A stretch of 60,433 nucleotides of DNA, counting the filler, from Platydemus manokwari (lineage: Eukaryota), in the NCBI GenBank assembly GCA_037951405.1. It is 6 parts of 6 records of this genome, joined end to end, with 100 filler letters (N's around TTAATTAATTAA, not from the genome) between each part and the next. Parts side by side here need not be neighbours in the genome. Positions count along the whole stretch, not along the records: positions 39,996 to 51,080 come from JBBMOY010921085.1; positions 51,181 to 60,433 come from JBBMOY011243318.1; 4 more parts are not named here. One strand, 5' to 3'. The translations under genes and the position numbers were made by a program. Each line of letters starts with the position of its first letter. Position 1 is the stretch's first letter. The notes under the pieces were generated by a model. It was not told the origin of the DNA. It was given only the letters and a program-made list of their open reading frames with translations, and made no database searches. Shown here piece after piece: positions 41,500 through 55,700 of the stretch.

Positions 41500-41943
41500 T
41501 GGCTGTAGATCTTGCCTGAAATTATATCTTTTTGTTATTTCTGGCTGCACGTTTGTTTTCTTTTTGCTTGATTTTTATTTGTTTACGACTGTATTGTCTA
41601 TCTCTGCTCGGTTGCATCTGTTAGCGTGTACAACTACCTGATCTGCTTGCTTCTTTTTACAATCCACGAGTTGTAAATTAATGGGGTTTGCTCTCACCAC
41701 TTGGAAAGGTTCTTTCTATGGTCTGTTTAGTTTGGATGTTAGACCCATTGACTTTTCGTTGGCAAACGCCTCTGCATATTTGGTAAAATAATCCATAAAT
41801 ACGATGATATATTTATATCCTTTTGGAGTTTCTAGCAGTAACCACATGATGTCCATGGCACAAAACTCCATTGGCCTTGACGGTGGCTCGATTGGCTTTT
41901 CGGCTATCAGATATATTTTATTGTGAGACTTCGTTTGAGTCAA
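41500..41943 (-). mobile_element. Ty3/Gypsy integrase remnant with an internal deletion
   Basis: RPMEFCAMDI...TPKGYKYIIVFMDYFTKYAEAFA joined directly to the C-terminal GPF-type motif SKLNRP*KEPFQVV...VVHANRC...RYNFR. Confidence 0.85.
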
Positions 41944-42962
41944 TATATCGTTCTTGTCATCCTCAAAAAATAATCATGGATATGACTCAATTTCTGCGCT
42001 TTCTTTGTCATTTTTGTCGTAGGATTTATTTCGTGGTTTGTGATTTCCAAAATTTGTATAATAGCTAATTGCTTGTCATATTGTTGTTCTAAATTTACCA
42101 AAAATTGTGCAATCGATGCTTTTATGATTTCCTTAGCCGCATTTTAGGCATTTTCTTTTCGCTTAAATATATTCCATATAAATGAACTTATTTATAAGAA
42201 TCCATGTTTCTCGACGCATTTAGATTTTTAAAGTTCCATAATTCCTAATAAGTATATGCCACTTTGATTCCATATGGTTCTTACCTTTCTGCTACTTTAT
42301 AATTTACTAATATTTTATTGTTTGTTATTTTCACTACTTTTGCTTTACAAATTTTGGCACAGATGTCACATAGTGTTATTTTATATGTTTGTGAAGGCAG
42401 AAGTATATAAAAATCTGATAACTTTAATCAACTTCCATTTACTACAACAATGTCCGAAACTATTGTAAAAATAGCGTTTCTTACACATAATTTGTAAAAA
42501 CTCTATAGGAAGAGAAGAACTCTAAGTGAACATTATTAAACAAACATAATACAAATCAAAAGTTCATCTACACCAACATTAGACCTTTACACATTTTACA
42601 AAACTACCAATTGGATAGTCTCTGGTTCATATTTCGGCGAAACTCCTTTGGATTTCAGTGCTTATCTGATGAGCTTACATTTCTCTTTCAATTTCTGTAA
42701 AATAATGACAAGAAACGATTCCAATTTATTTTGACATCAATAATTTAGCCCTTAAATAATTTTGATTACTAAAATTATTGTTTAATATATTTAATTCAAT
42801 ATTGTTAGATTTCTTTAAATGACTTATTAATATCAAATTAATTATTAGTTTAATTACTTAGAAAATATTGTTGTTTTAATAATTTATCACGTTGTAAAAT
42901 TTTTAAATAGTTAGCAAGTTAAAGTTTAGTTATATTTAATATAAATAATTTTCTTATGTTAG

Positions 42963-45249
<2,287 letters not shown>

Positions 45250-48200
45250 AAATGTGATGAAAATATATATTTATCGATCTTTGTTTTATTGTATTTATTG
45301 TCATCATGTTATTGTGGCACACACCAATTATATTCGCAATTTGATTGGATGTTTGATATTTTAGGATAACCAATGATGAACGTTTGTGATGATATTATTG
45401 AAATAGTTATGAAATATGCTCGGATATTGATTTTGTTGTTACGTCTTTCGATAAATCTTATTGGTGTTTAACTGATTAATGAATTTGTGCAAGTTTAAAT
45501 TGCTGATTAATATTGATTATTTATGCATAAATTATTGATAGAAATAATAAATGTGCTGAAATAACAATGATTGACAATATTCCCTGTGCTCTTCACTATG
45601 CACGATAACACTAATCTCGATCCATTTTTTTTCATTATATATCAATTTTATCCATAACATGTTTTCTACCAAATAAAATCATTTGCAATATAATTTTTAA
45701 TTCCACTGATTATTCTTACTTCAGTCAAATTTTCCGTCCATGTTGTTATTTCTTCCAACTTTATAAATTTGACTTCATTTTATTCTCTTTTCTTTATTTT
45801 ATATAATTCTTTGCTTAATTTATAAAATGTGAATTTTATTTCGATTAAAGAAAATCTCGCAATTTTTATTTTAAATTTTTATTATTTGTTTTCAATTTTT
45901 CTTTATTTTCGAGTTGAACATAATTGATGTCTACTTAAGAGATTAAAAAAAGTCAAATGATTTACTGAGATGATGTACTAATATTTTCAAATACAGTTGT
46001 TGAAGAACACTAAAGCTTAGAAGAAGTTATGCATTACTGATAAATATGAAATATTAAAAAACTAAATCAAATTTCTCGCACACAAATAAACAGAGTGTCA
46101 AAACAGATTTAAGCTGAATCGAGGCAATTAAAAAGTTCAAATTATCTAAAGCATCTAAGAAGCTTCTTAAAAATTCATTGTCACACCAGGAGCTTCTTAA
46201 TTGATTTCTTTATGGGTTATTTAAATGACATAACATAAATAATGAAAACTACAAAAATCTAATTACGAGGTAAAATAACACGTAAGCCCCATGGATCAAT
46301 TTCTAAATTATATATACAACTCAATTTCCACATCATTTTCTGATTTTGTTCCTGATTTTGCTGGATTAATCTGCAGTTGTTGATGAGTAAATTTTGAGAA
46401 GGATAACTTTGTAAAATAATCCAATTCTTGATATATAAGCTTTTTACTGATTTAATTATATGCCTACTACAAATCACTATATTTTTCTTGCTGTCTTTTC
46501 TTTCAGTTCTTTTCCTTGGTGTCTTCTGTTACCTTGCTTATAATCATATTGACAAACTATTATTACATTAGTAATATAGATCAGTATGCAGCACAATATT
46601 CTGAAATTTTATATTATAATTATTTATAATCAATATCATTATATTTTTTTTATAAATTGTAAATACTGTTGGGAATAGCCCTATAACAGCAGTACAGTCA
46701 TAATTAATAGAAATACAATCATAATTAAAACATAAAAAAATTCACGAAAATTCCTTAGTAATGACTAATCACCAAACCATAAATAATAAAATAGCTAAAA
46801 ATATAATAATAATCAAAAATAGAATACTATAAATTCTAAAATAGAAATAAATTAATAAGAATACTAAAAATAATCCTAAAAATATAAATATGATAAAAAT
46901 AGGAATAATAAAATCGTAAAATAACCCTAGAATAACAAAAAATCATTATAAAGAAAAAAAATATTGTAGTCGTAAAGTTATAAGTGAATTTTGATGTGAA
47001 CGAAAACGTTTTTGAGAAACACTAATTAACTCAATTTACGAAACGTAGCTTTTTGGACAAAAGATAATTAATACATCTGGAGAAATACAAAGTGGATGTT
47101 ACTTAACAAAATTCTACGGAAATTTGAACATCTGTGCAATTCTTACATAAGGCAATGCTAAAAACGAACATATAAAAAGCACATTTAAAATTATTAAAAA
47201 GGCGAAATCTCTACTGTCTCAGTATATTAAAATAAAACTATTTTCCAAATATAATTTATATATTTCGAATTCCAGAAGATATCTTGATACATGCCACAAT
47301 CGTATCATATTGCAAATTCTATTGAAGAAGAACAGTAAGAATATTTATTAACTCTCGATAAACTTTTAAAGCTAAATAATAATTGCGCATTTAAAGTAAT
47401 ATTTTAAAAGTTATTATTATTGAAATAGTTCTTTATTGAAATAAGCTTTGGTATTATTAAATTATAAAATCTATCGATATATAAAACATTTCTAGATTGA
47501 ACTCAGTTCAACTAGAAATTAAAATTAAAAACTAAAATCTAAAAATATAATACAAATCAAGTCCAGTGGTTACGATGCCATTAATCATAACCACCAATAA
47601 ATTATTTTTGAGGTATGAATGAATTAAAACTCCATCCAAATAGAGTCAAACAATAAAAAACTAACCCTATAATCGCCTGATTGTTTGTCAGCAATTATTT
47701 TTAAACCATCTAGTTTGAACATTATTTTAAATATCTTAATTTGGTAACTTTTTTATTTACTGCAGCAACTATCAACCCACCAAAAAAACCCAACAATACA
47801 TTACCGCAAACTGTATTCTACTACTGTATTCTCAATTGCCTTTTATTATTTTTTGGTATCACCTTAAATATTAAAAACCTATATTAAATATAATATTATA
47901 AAAATGATCTAAATAAAATGAGAAATTTGTAAACTCACTTTGAAAACTATAGATGAAATTTGTTGTTGGTATTCGTTATAAATACTGCTATGGTTGAGAT
48001 ATGAAAGGATTCTACTAATATCAAACTCTTTGAAGTACCGAAGCTTAGGCTGTATATATTTAGAAAATTGAGATTTAATCAATAAATTTAAACCAGTAAA
48101 ATTTATTTATGAATTACTTGGGTATATAAATTCTGTGTTTTAATATTCAAAATCTCCAATAAATTATACATTTTTGTTTCAAATTGTTAGATGAACTCTA

Positions 48201-48611
48201 ATCAGAATTGCAGAAAATTTTGATTAACACAATTAGTAATATGTCGTACTTATTTTTATACTTCATCTCATACAGTAAGGAAATTTTATCATTATTAATT
48301 TGATGCCTAACTTGATATTATATTAGTAAAATATTTATAATTATATTGAAATTTCTATTAATTAATCAAATTTCTATTTTTCATGCAATTATTAGATCTT
48401 TTTAATGAACTCGTTGTTTTTTACTTATTGTATGATATTTGATGTCGAATTATTAAAGATTTTTTTGTTATTTTTTATTTAGTATTGTCTAATGTTGAGT
48501 GTAGCGATATAAAATATTTCAAGTCCGTATTATACAATGAAAATGGATTTATAGTTACGAATAAGGTATAATTAAATATTATTTCTGTGATAAATTTACT
48601 GATTTTCTGCA

Positions 48612-48858
48612 ATGAATCAGCAACGGTATCCTGACGATGTATGGCTGAAACTGAGTTCATTGGAAGCTCCAAAAGAAAGCTACTGGATAAGATTGAAGCG
48701 AAAACAATCTGATTCTTTCCCGTTGCTATTAAAGTTCAAAAACAATGAAACCGATCAATTGAGTGCGGTAAGTAATTGGACAATAAAATCATCAAACGAT
48801 GTGTTTACGTAACACTTAAGGGCCCCGCAAATATATTGGGGTTGGTTATTACGCAATG
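48612..48858 (+). CDS. Possible short exons of an unidentified gene
   Basis: Open frame ending in a strong GCG|gtaagt donor, then a ~50-bp intron-like spacer and ttaag|GGCCCC. No recognisable domain. Confidence 0.25.
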
Positions 48859-50992
48859 TAGTATTTGATTAAATCAATATGGTGGTGTTCCGCTAATTGG
48901 CAAGGTTGTTTTTTCTTGTAAAATTTGATGTTTGAAATTGTTTTTTAATGATTTGATTTTGTTCTGTTGCGCAATTGTAACGCACTTGTTTTCATCGATT
49001 ATATCGTTCAAGAAGCCTGGATATTGCATAACAATCGACACGAATATATTTGATTTGTATTTCAATATTTTCTACAACAAATATCATCGGCACTGTGCTT
49101 GTTGTCATCACCTCTATCGATTATAATAATATCATTTGGGTAACAAATATTAACGGTGATTAACGGTGGCATAAATCTGTTGTCAACGAGTCGTCTGAAT
49201 TTCGGATCAATAGCGCTGCAGATCACGTGGCCAATATTGACTGATCTTATCATATATTATTGATGATCGCGATCAAAACAAAGTACCAAAAATGTGAGTC
49301 CCGTGCCGCATTGAACTGATGAGTGAGAGTGAATCATTTGTCAATGAAATCACATCTGATAAAGTCAATAATATCTGAGTAGCTTGTTTGCTTTATCAAT
49401 TGTGCTCATTCATTCTATTTTAAATATAAAAATAATCTATATTTCTGTGCCAGCAATCATTGTACCGGATTCTATATTGTTGTCTGGGCAAGCAACAAAT
49501 TCATTTTCACATTATCTCTTCATTATTGACTCGTCGTCTGTCTGCACGTATAAAATCCAGTGAACAAAATGACAAAATAACTCGTCGCTGCAAATACCAG
49601 GTAGCATGTGTAAACAAATCACAACTAATTTGTTCGTCACGTGATCTACAGAGGCCAATAATTGGTCATCGATGTCCAAGTATGACTGATAATAATAATC
49701 ATGTAAGGGAGTCAGCCTAGTAAATATTAATGGCAATCTCTGATTCGCTGAATATCAGGTGAAATGTTTGTGTGTTGCACAATTTGTTGTCCTTGAGGTG
49801 ACAAAATACTTTTGCATCGCTTCTGCCGATAATTTCTACCCTTTGTCTACAACAGCTATCTGAATCATCAGCGTTGCCCTACATTATACCATGCCAAGTC
49901 GATGATTGTACTCATTATTCACACAATAATTCTCATTTATTCTGATATTACCGAATCCTATCAATATTTTTATATTTATTAATCATCTCGACGTGACAAA
50001 TGAAAGCTATAACCCATCGGAATAATGCGTTGTGTGAATCAGTTGAAATCATTTTTAATATTTAATCATGACCTGGTTGTTCGGTCGATTGGTCGGCAAT
50101 AATATTAGTTATCTTCATAATATTAGTCATCAATCATTCGCCGTCATTGAACTGAATATTTACACGCTCGCACACACACACATAAGCTCACCCCGTGATA
50201 AAAATAGTCATCGTCGACCATCTAACGTTGACATTGTGAGTATGGTCGCTTTTTAAATATTTATACAGTCTCCTTTAAGAGAGGATCTTTTCGATCTGAC
50301 ACGTTCATTTGATATAACAATTGATTGTTCATTTTAAAGGTTTATAATCGAACCGTGACCTGTTGAGTGCTCTGCATAAAGTATTGAGAGTTAATCGCAA
50401 CTTTTATATTATTTTCAATGAGAGATATTTTCTTTTAAATCGCCGATAACGTTATTTTAAATCTCCTGGTTGCATACAGTTATGAAATGTGGAGAAAATT
50501 AGCAACGTATAAGTTTTTGGTGGGGAGCTCCGAAAATTAATTATTGATGCAAACTGGCGATAACTAATATGGCAAACTAATTGATGTGTGTTTCATTGTT
50601 ATTACATACTTATAGAGTCACACACAAACTCCAGCCTGCCTTTACTCAGCTTCGAGTCATTTAATTCTTCACTCATCAACGATGGCGGATTTTGCAACAC
50701 ACAAACAAGTCAGGGAAGACATCCGATTGCTTTCTGCTCTTTCTTCAGAATTTCAGCCGACAAAATTTCTCACAGTGAGTTTGTGCGATGGAATCAGGTG
50801 TGCATTCAATTTATCAGTATTTATACATAAATAATATTGATTGTAAAGAAAATAAAATTTATGGCAATCAGATTTCTGAGCGCAGATAATTGTCTAAAAA
50901 TTTCTTGGATTTTATCATTCAATAATGTTATTTGTTAGAGCATTGGCAAAGGTTTAATTTTGAGTTAATGTTTATCTACATGGATCGTGTTT

Positions 50993-51006
50993 ATTATTAT
51001 TATTTG

Positions 51007-51065
<59 letters not shown>

Positions 51066-51080
51066 CATTATTATTATTAT
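50993..51080. repeat. (ATT)n microsatellite at a contig end
   Basis: Directly visible in the sequence. Confidence 0.97.
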
Positions 51081-51313
51081 NNNNNNNNNNNNNNNNNNNN
51101 NNNNNNNNNNNNNNNNNNNNNNNNTTAATTAATTAANNNNNNNNNNNNNNNNNNNNNNNNNNNNNNNNNNNNNNNNNNNNAAAATTTCATTGAAATAATA
51201 GTTGTAAAAACCAATAATAATTATTTTAAAAGAATAGAATCATTTATTTAAATACTCATCACATGTGCCGTTTTGTAGTAGAAGTAGTGTGCTGAACTAG
51301 TAAATCAACGAAT

Positions 51314-52054
51314 TTACATTCTCACGAAAACGAATTCATTATAATGCTGCCATTTACTCTCTTCTGAATCTTGTCCAGGTCGATTGTCAGTGCCTGCAGA
51401 ATTAGTACCAGAACCGCAACATCCGATCATTTTATATCCACTCAAATACAGCGAATCAAAGGCTTGTTCAAGAATATTATGTTTGAGAAAAAATCTGGCA
51501 GAATAGCGATCTCCTTTCGTGCCGGCGTAGCCACAATCTGGATCTCTGCTCATGTTCAAAGTGTCTTGAAACACTTCCTTACAAGGTGCCACTTTACCAC
51601 TGACAAGAATTCGAGATAATTTTCTAAACTTTACATCGGCTAATCCATCCCGTCCAAAAGCAAAGGTTCCTCGATATCCCAACGTTATCACGGTAGGCCC
51701 ATTGTTCTTTATACGTTTCTCAAGATTGTCAACCATTTCATTGATACCAAAATAACTAGCTTCATTCTTTAATGCGGCAGTTTCACGAAATGTGTCAGGA
51801 AGATTAAATTTCTGTTCCTTGTTTTTTTTACTTCTTAAGTAATCCAAAATAAATCGAAAAAGTGATCCATTTCTATCAATGAATAGACGCTTATTGGAAT
51901 CAATCAATACTTCTGACGGTTGTTGGAGATACTGAGTGATTAGACCTGCTAATTTACTGCCTGGGAATTGATCGATTAATGTCGATTTAAAAGAAGCATA
52001 AATAACACCACCGACATTGAGCTCAATAACTTTCTCCTCTGAATTACTCGACAT
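51314..52054 (-). CDS. BTB/POZ protein of the KCTD8/12/16 family, intronless CDS
   Basis: T1-type BTB (VIELNVGG...FIDRNGSLFRFILDYLR...EASYF) plus H1 domain (ITLGYRGTFAFGRDGLADVKFRKLSRILV...SRDPD...RYSARFFLKH..LEQAFD...HYNEFVF). Confidence 0.93.
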   Translation of the reverse strand: MSSNSEEKVIELNVGGVIYASFKSTLIDQFPGSKLAGLITQYLQQPSEVLIDSNKRLFIDRNGSLFRFILDYLRSKKNKEQKFNLPDTFRETAALKNEASYFGINEMVDNLEKRIKNNGPTVITLGYRGTFAFGRDGLADVKFRKLSRILVSGKVAPCKEVFQDTLNMSRDPDCGYAGTKGDRYSARFFLKHNILEQAFDSLYLSGYKMIGCCGSGTNSAGTDNRPGQDSEESKWQHYNEFVFVRM

Positions 52055-52746
52055 CGTCTAGAAACTAAAATGGACTCAAAACTGGAGCAGTGAGAACAAT
52101 TTTAATAGGCGCTCTACCTGTATTTGTAGGGAAAGAAATTATCGAGTTATATCTCGCACACACAAACGCTACTAGAAATTTGTAGAACGCATTAAAGTAT
52201 AAGTCAAGGAAACTGTAATTATTCTTGAATCAATAATATTTATCATCAATCTCTCATGCTCAAGAATGCATTTAGTTTATTTTATATTTGCTGATGGTGA
52301 TGACGGTGTTTGTGATTGTAATGCTTTGGACGAGTTTTTTTACATAAAAAATATTATTGATAATTTCGATGGTCACAAAATTGTGTTGTGAAATTAAAGA
52401 GGAGCCCAAGAATTCCGATTTTATTGATCTGTAAATTACTAAGCTATTACAGATGCATGTTGGCAGCTCTTCTGGTATCGATTATTATTATATCGATAGC
52501 AACACACTAATGACAACGGAGTCTAAAATTTTAGCATGCATTAGACAGCACACTTTTAAATGGGATAATTATATGCAGGCACACATCTGGGTCGAAAATT
52601 CTTTACCTGTGTTTATCAGAATAAGAGCGACATATATATCAACAGTAGCTACACAGATCAGCATAATTTGATTAGCAGTTTTCAATTCTTTAAGTATAAA
52701 ATTTGATAAAAAAAAATAATATTCAATTTTTATCGTCTGTTCAGAC
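52055..52746. promoter_or_regulatory. Short divergent intergenic region between the KCTD gene and filamin
   Basis: Start codons are head-to-head about 690 bp apart on one contig. No specific motif identified. Confidence 0.4.
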
Positions 52747-55700
52747 ATGGATGATGGATACGTCGATGAAGTGGAAGAGCAGCCTGATGACAGCAGACCT
52801 GAAGAAAGAGATTTAGCTGAAGATGCTCAATGGAAGAAAATTCAAAAAAATACATTCACGCGTTGGTCGAATCAGCATTTGAAAAGTCAAGGCATTCAAA
52901 TCAATGATTTGCAATATGATTTGTCGGATGGCTTGAAACTAGTTGGTCTCATTCAGGCACTGGCATCATATCAATTCAAAAAAGTCAATAAAAGACCTTC
53001 ATTCAGAACACAGAAGTTAGAAAATGTGACAATGGTTCTAAAATTCTTGGAAGATAGTGAGCAGTTGCGACTTGTTAATATTGGTAAGTGGCAGTTTCAT
53101 TTTCAGTTAAGTGTTTCCTATGCTTGCAATAGCTATTTATGATCAAGGATAAATTACTCCTTGCCAATGACAATCACAACTAATGTTGTCAAATCTTAGA
53201 TAATTAGACCAGATCTTATTATCTGAATATTGTTTCCAGTTGAATTTTCTTTTATTTATGAGATTATTTATGATAAATCTTTGAAAATGATCTCATTGTT
53301 ATTGCGATCAATAATGTAAATAAATCTCGAGGCATTGTCTGGGATGAAAAATTTGCTTTAGGTAATGCGTAGGTGGCCACATGTGGGTGGTGAGTCTAGT
53401 GAAGTGTCACAAAATATTTACATCCATATTTTCTCTTAATTGATTCCATCATTTAGATCTAAATACTGAGATTAGACACAAGCTATTTATCATTTTAATT
53501 TTCAGATAGTTCTGACATTGTTGACTGCAGACTCAAGCTTATATTAGGCCTCATATGGACACTTATTTTGCACTACTCTATCTCGATGCCTCTCTGGGAA
53601 GGAGAGGACCCGATTGCAAAGGTAAAAAATTATCATTGATTGTTTATTCCTCATTTGATTATTTCTCTTTAGGACTCGAAAGGGAAAGGCCCATCACCAA
53701 AGCAGAGAATGTTATCCTGGCTCAACAGTAAAATGCCAGACAAGCCTGTTAAAAATCTCACAACTGACTGGAATAATGGAGTTGCAATCGGTGCTCTTGT
53801 AGATGCACTAGCACCAGGCTTATGTCCAGACTGGAGTGATTGGGATCCAAAAGATGCTCTGAAAAATGCAAAGGAAGCTATGGATTTAGCAGAGAAATGG
53901 CTTGATATTCCACAACTTGTGAAACCAGAGGAAATGATTGACCCAAGAATAGACGAGAAGGCCTTAATGACTTACCTGAGTCAATTTCCAAGAGCCAAAT
54001 TGAAAGACGGTGCACCTTTGCGACCAAGAACTAATCCTGCTAGGGTTCGAGCATATGGACCAGGATTAGAAAAAACCGGAAATGCAATAAACGCCCCAGC
54101 TAGATTTACTGTTGACGCTTTTAGTGCGGGATCAGGAAAATTGGAAATAGTAGTTTTAAATCCAAAAGGAGCATCCGAACCGGTAAGTGAAATTGATTGA
54201 GATAGTTTGACTGGTGTACATTTTCTACTTATTAATTGCATTTATATGATTTATTGGAATAATTATGGATTAATTGGTAGCACGTGTTGAAATACTCGTT
54301 TATATTTAAGTGCACCTGCGAACTCAAACCAAACCAAACTCAAATTTATTCCTGTACTTACACACCAACGATGCAAGGAGAGTATAGAGTGGTTATAAAA
54401 TATGCATCGAAAGAAATTCCAAACTCACCTTTTCAAGTTACAGTTGAAGGAACAGCTGGTGATCCAAACAAGGTTACAGCTTCAGGTCCTGGTATCGAGC
54501 TGAAAGGAAATGTAATGGGAAAGAGAACATTCTTTAATGTTCAACTGAATGGTGATTCGATAAATAATGCTTTCAATATTTATTCTCTCTCATCTTTTAT
54601 TCAGGAGCTGGCTTGGGCAATATCGAATGCAAAATAAAAGACCCTCAAAATCGTGAAGAAATTGTGAAGCCATTGATAACCAAACAATCGGATTCGGAAT
54701 ATCTTGTTGAATACACCCCAATTTTGTGTGGTCTTCATTCTGTAGCGGTCTTGTTTGCTGGTAGACCGATACCAAAATCCCCATACCAGGTCGATGTAGG
54801 AGCAGGTAGACAGTGTGTTTGATTATTTAGCTAAAACATATCGATGAAATTTTAGATTCTGGAAAAAAATCTACTGGTGAAATTACACCAAAATTAGAGC
54901 CCGGTAAATTGCTATTAGTTTTATCACAATTTAATAACGAGTCTCAATCAGCCAAGAAAACACATCCACTTGAAAGTTTACCAATTATGCAAGGCAACAA
55001 CGTAAAACCAGGGGGTATGGCACCCGATCTCACCAGTACACCGAAAAAGGGTAAAAAATAATTTTTTTAAAATTTTTATTTATGAATTTGTTTGACTAAA
55101 AAGATGTTTTCGCTGTTAAAAATGAATTTGGTTTTTCTTTTTAGTTTTCACAACTCTCAAATTCCAAAGTCGAATTTCATCGATAATATATAATCTGATT
55201 TGTCAGTAGTGTAAATAGGTAGTAAAGTATTTACCAGATATACACTGATTGGAAATACATTCATGATATTGATTGGAGTGCAAAGAAACAACATAACAAC
55301 ATGTAAGTAGGTGACATCAATAAGATAACCTACAAAATGAAAATAACAACCACAGAACATTCACTACAGATATTTAGTTCAAATGACACACACTAAATCG
55401 TATTGGGAGACAAGATATTAATAGGATAATATTCCGGTATTACCTTCAGTCATGTATTTAACAGATTTTGTAGCAAATTCAGAATGTGTTGACACGCTAA
55501 TGGACGGCATTTTNNNNNNNNNNNNNNNNNNNNNNNNNNNNNNNNNNNNNNNNNNNNNNNNNNNNNNNNNNNNNNNNNNNNNNNNNNNNNNNNNNNNNNN
55601 NNNNNNNNNNNNNNNNNNNNNNNNNNNNNNNNNNNNNNNNNNNNNNNNNNNNNNNNNNNNNNNNNNNNNNNNNNNNNNNNNNNNNNNNNNNNNNNNNNNN

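Noticed and set aside
46690-46960. Strand-skewed A-rich tract resembling a mitochondrial insertion
   Set aside because: No mitochondrial gene motif recognised; it follows an LTR-like start and looks like low-complexity repeat.
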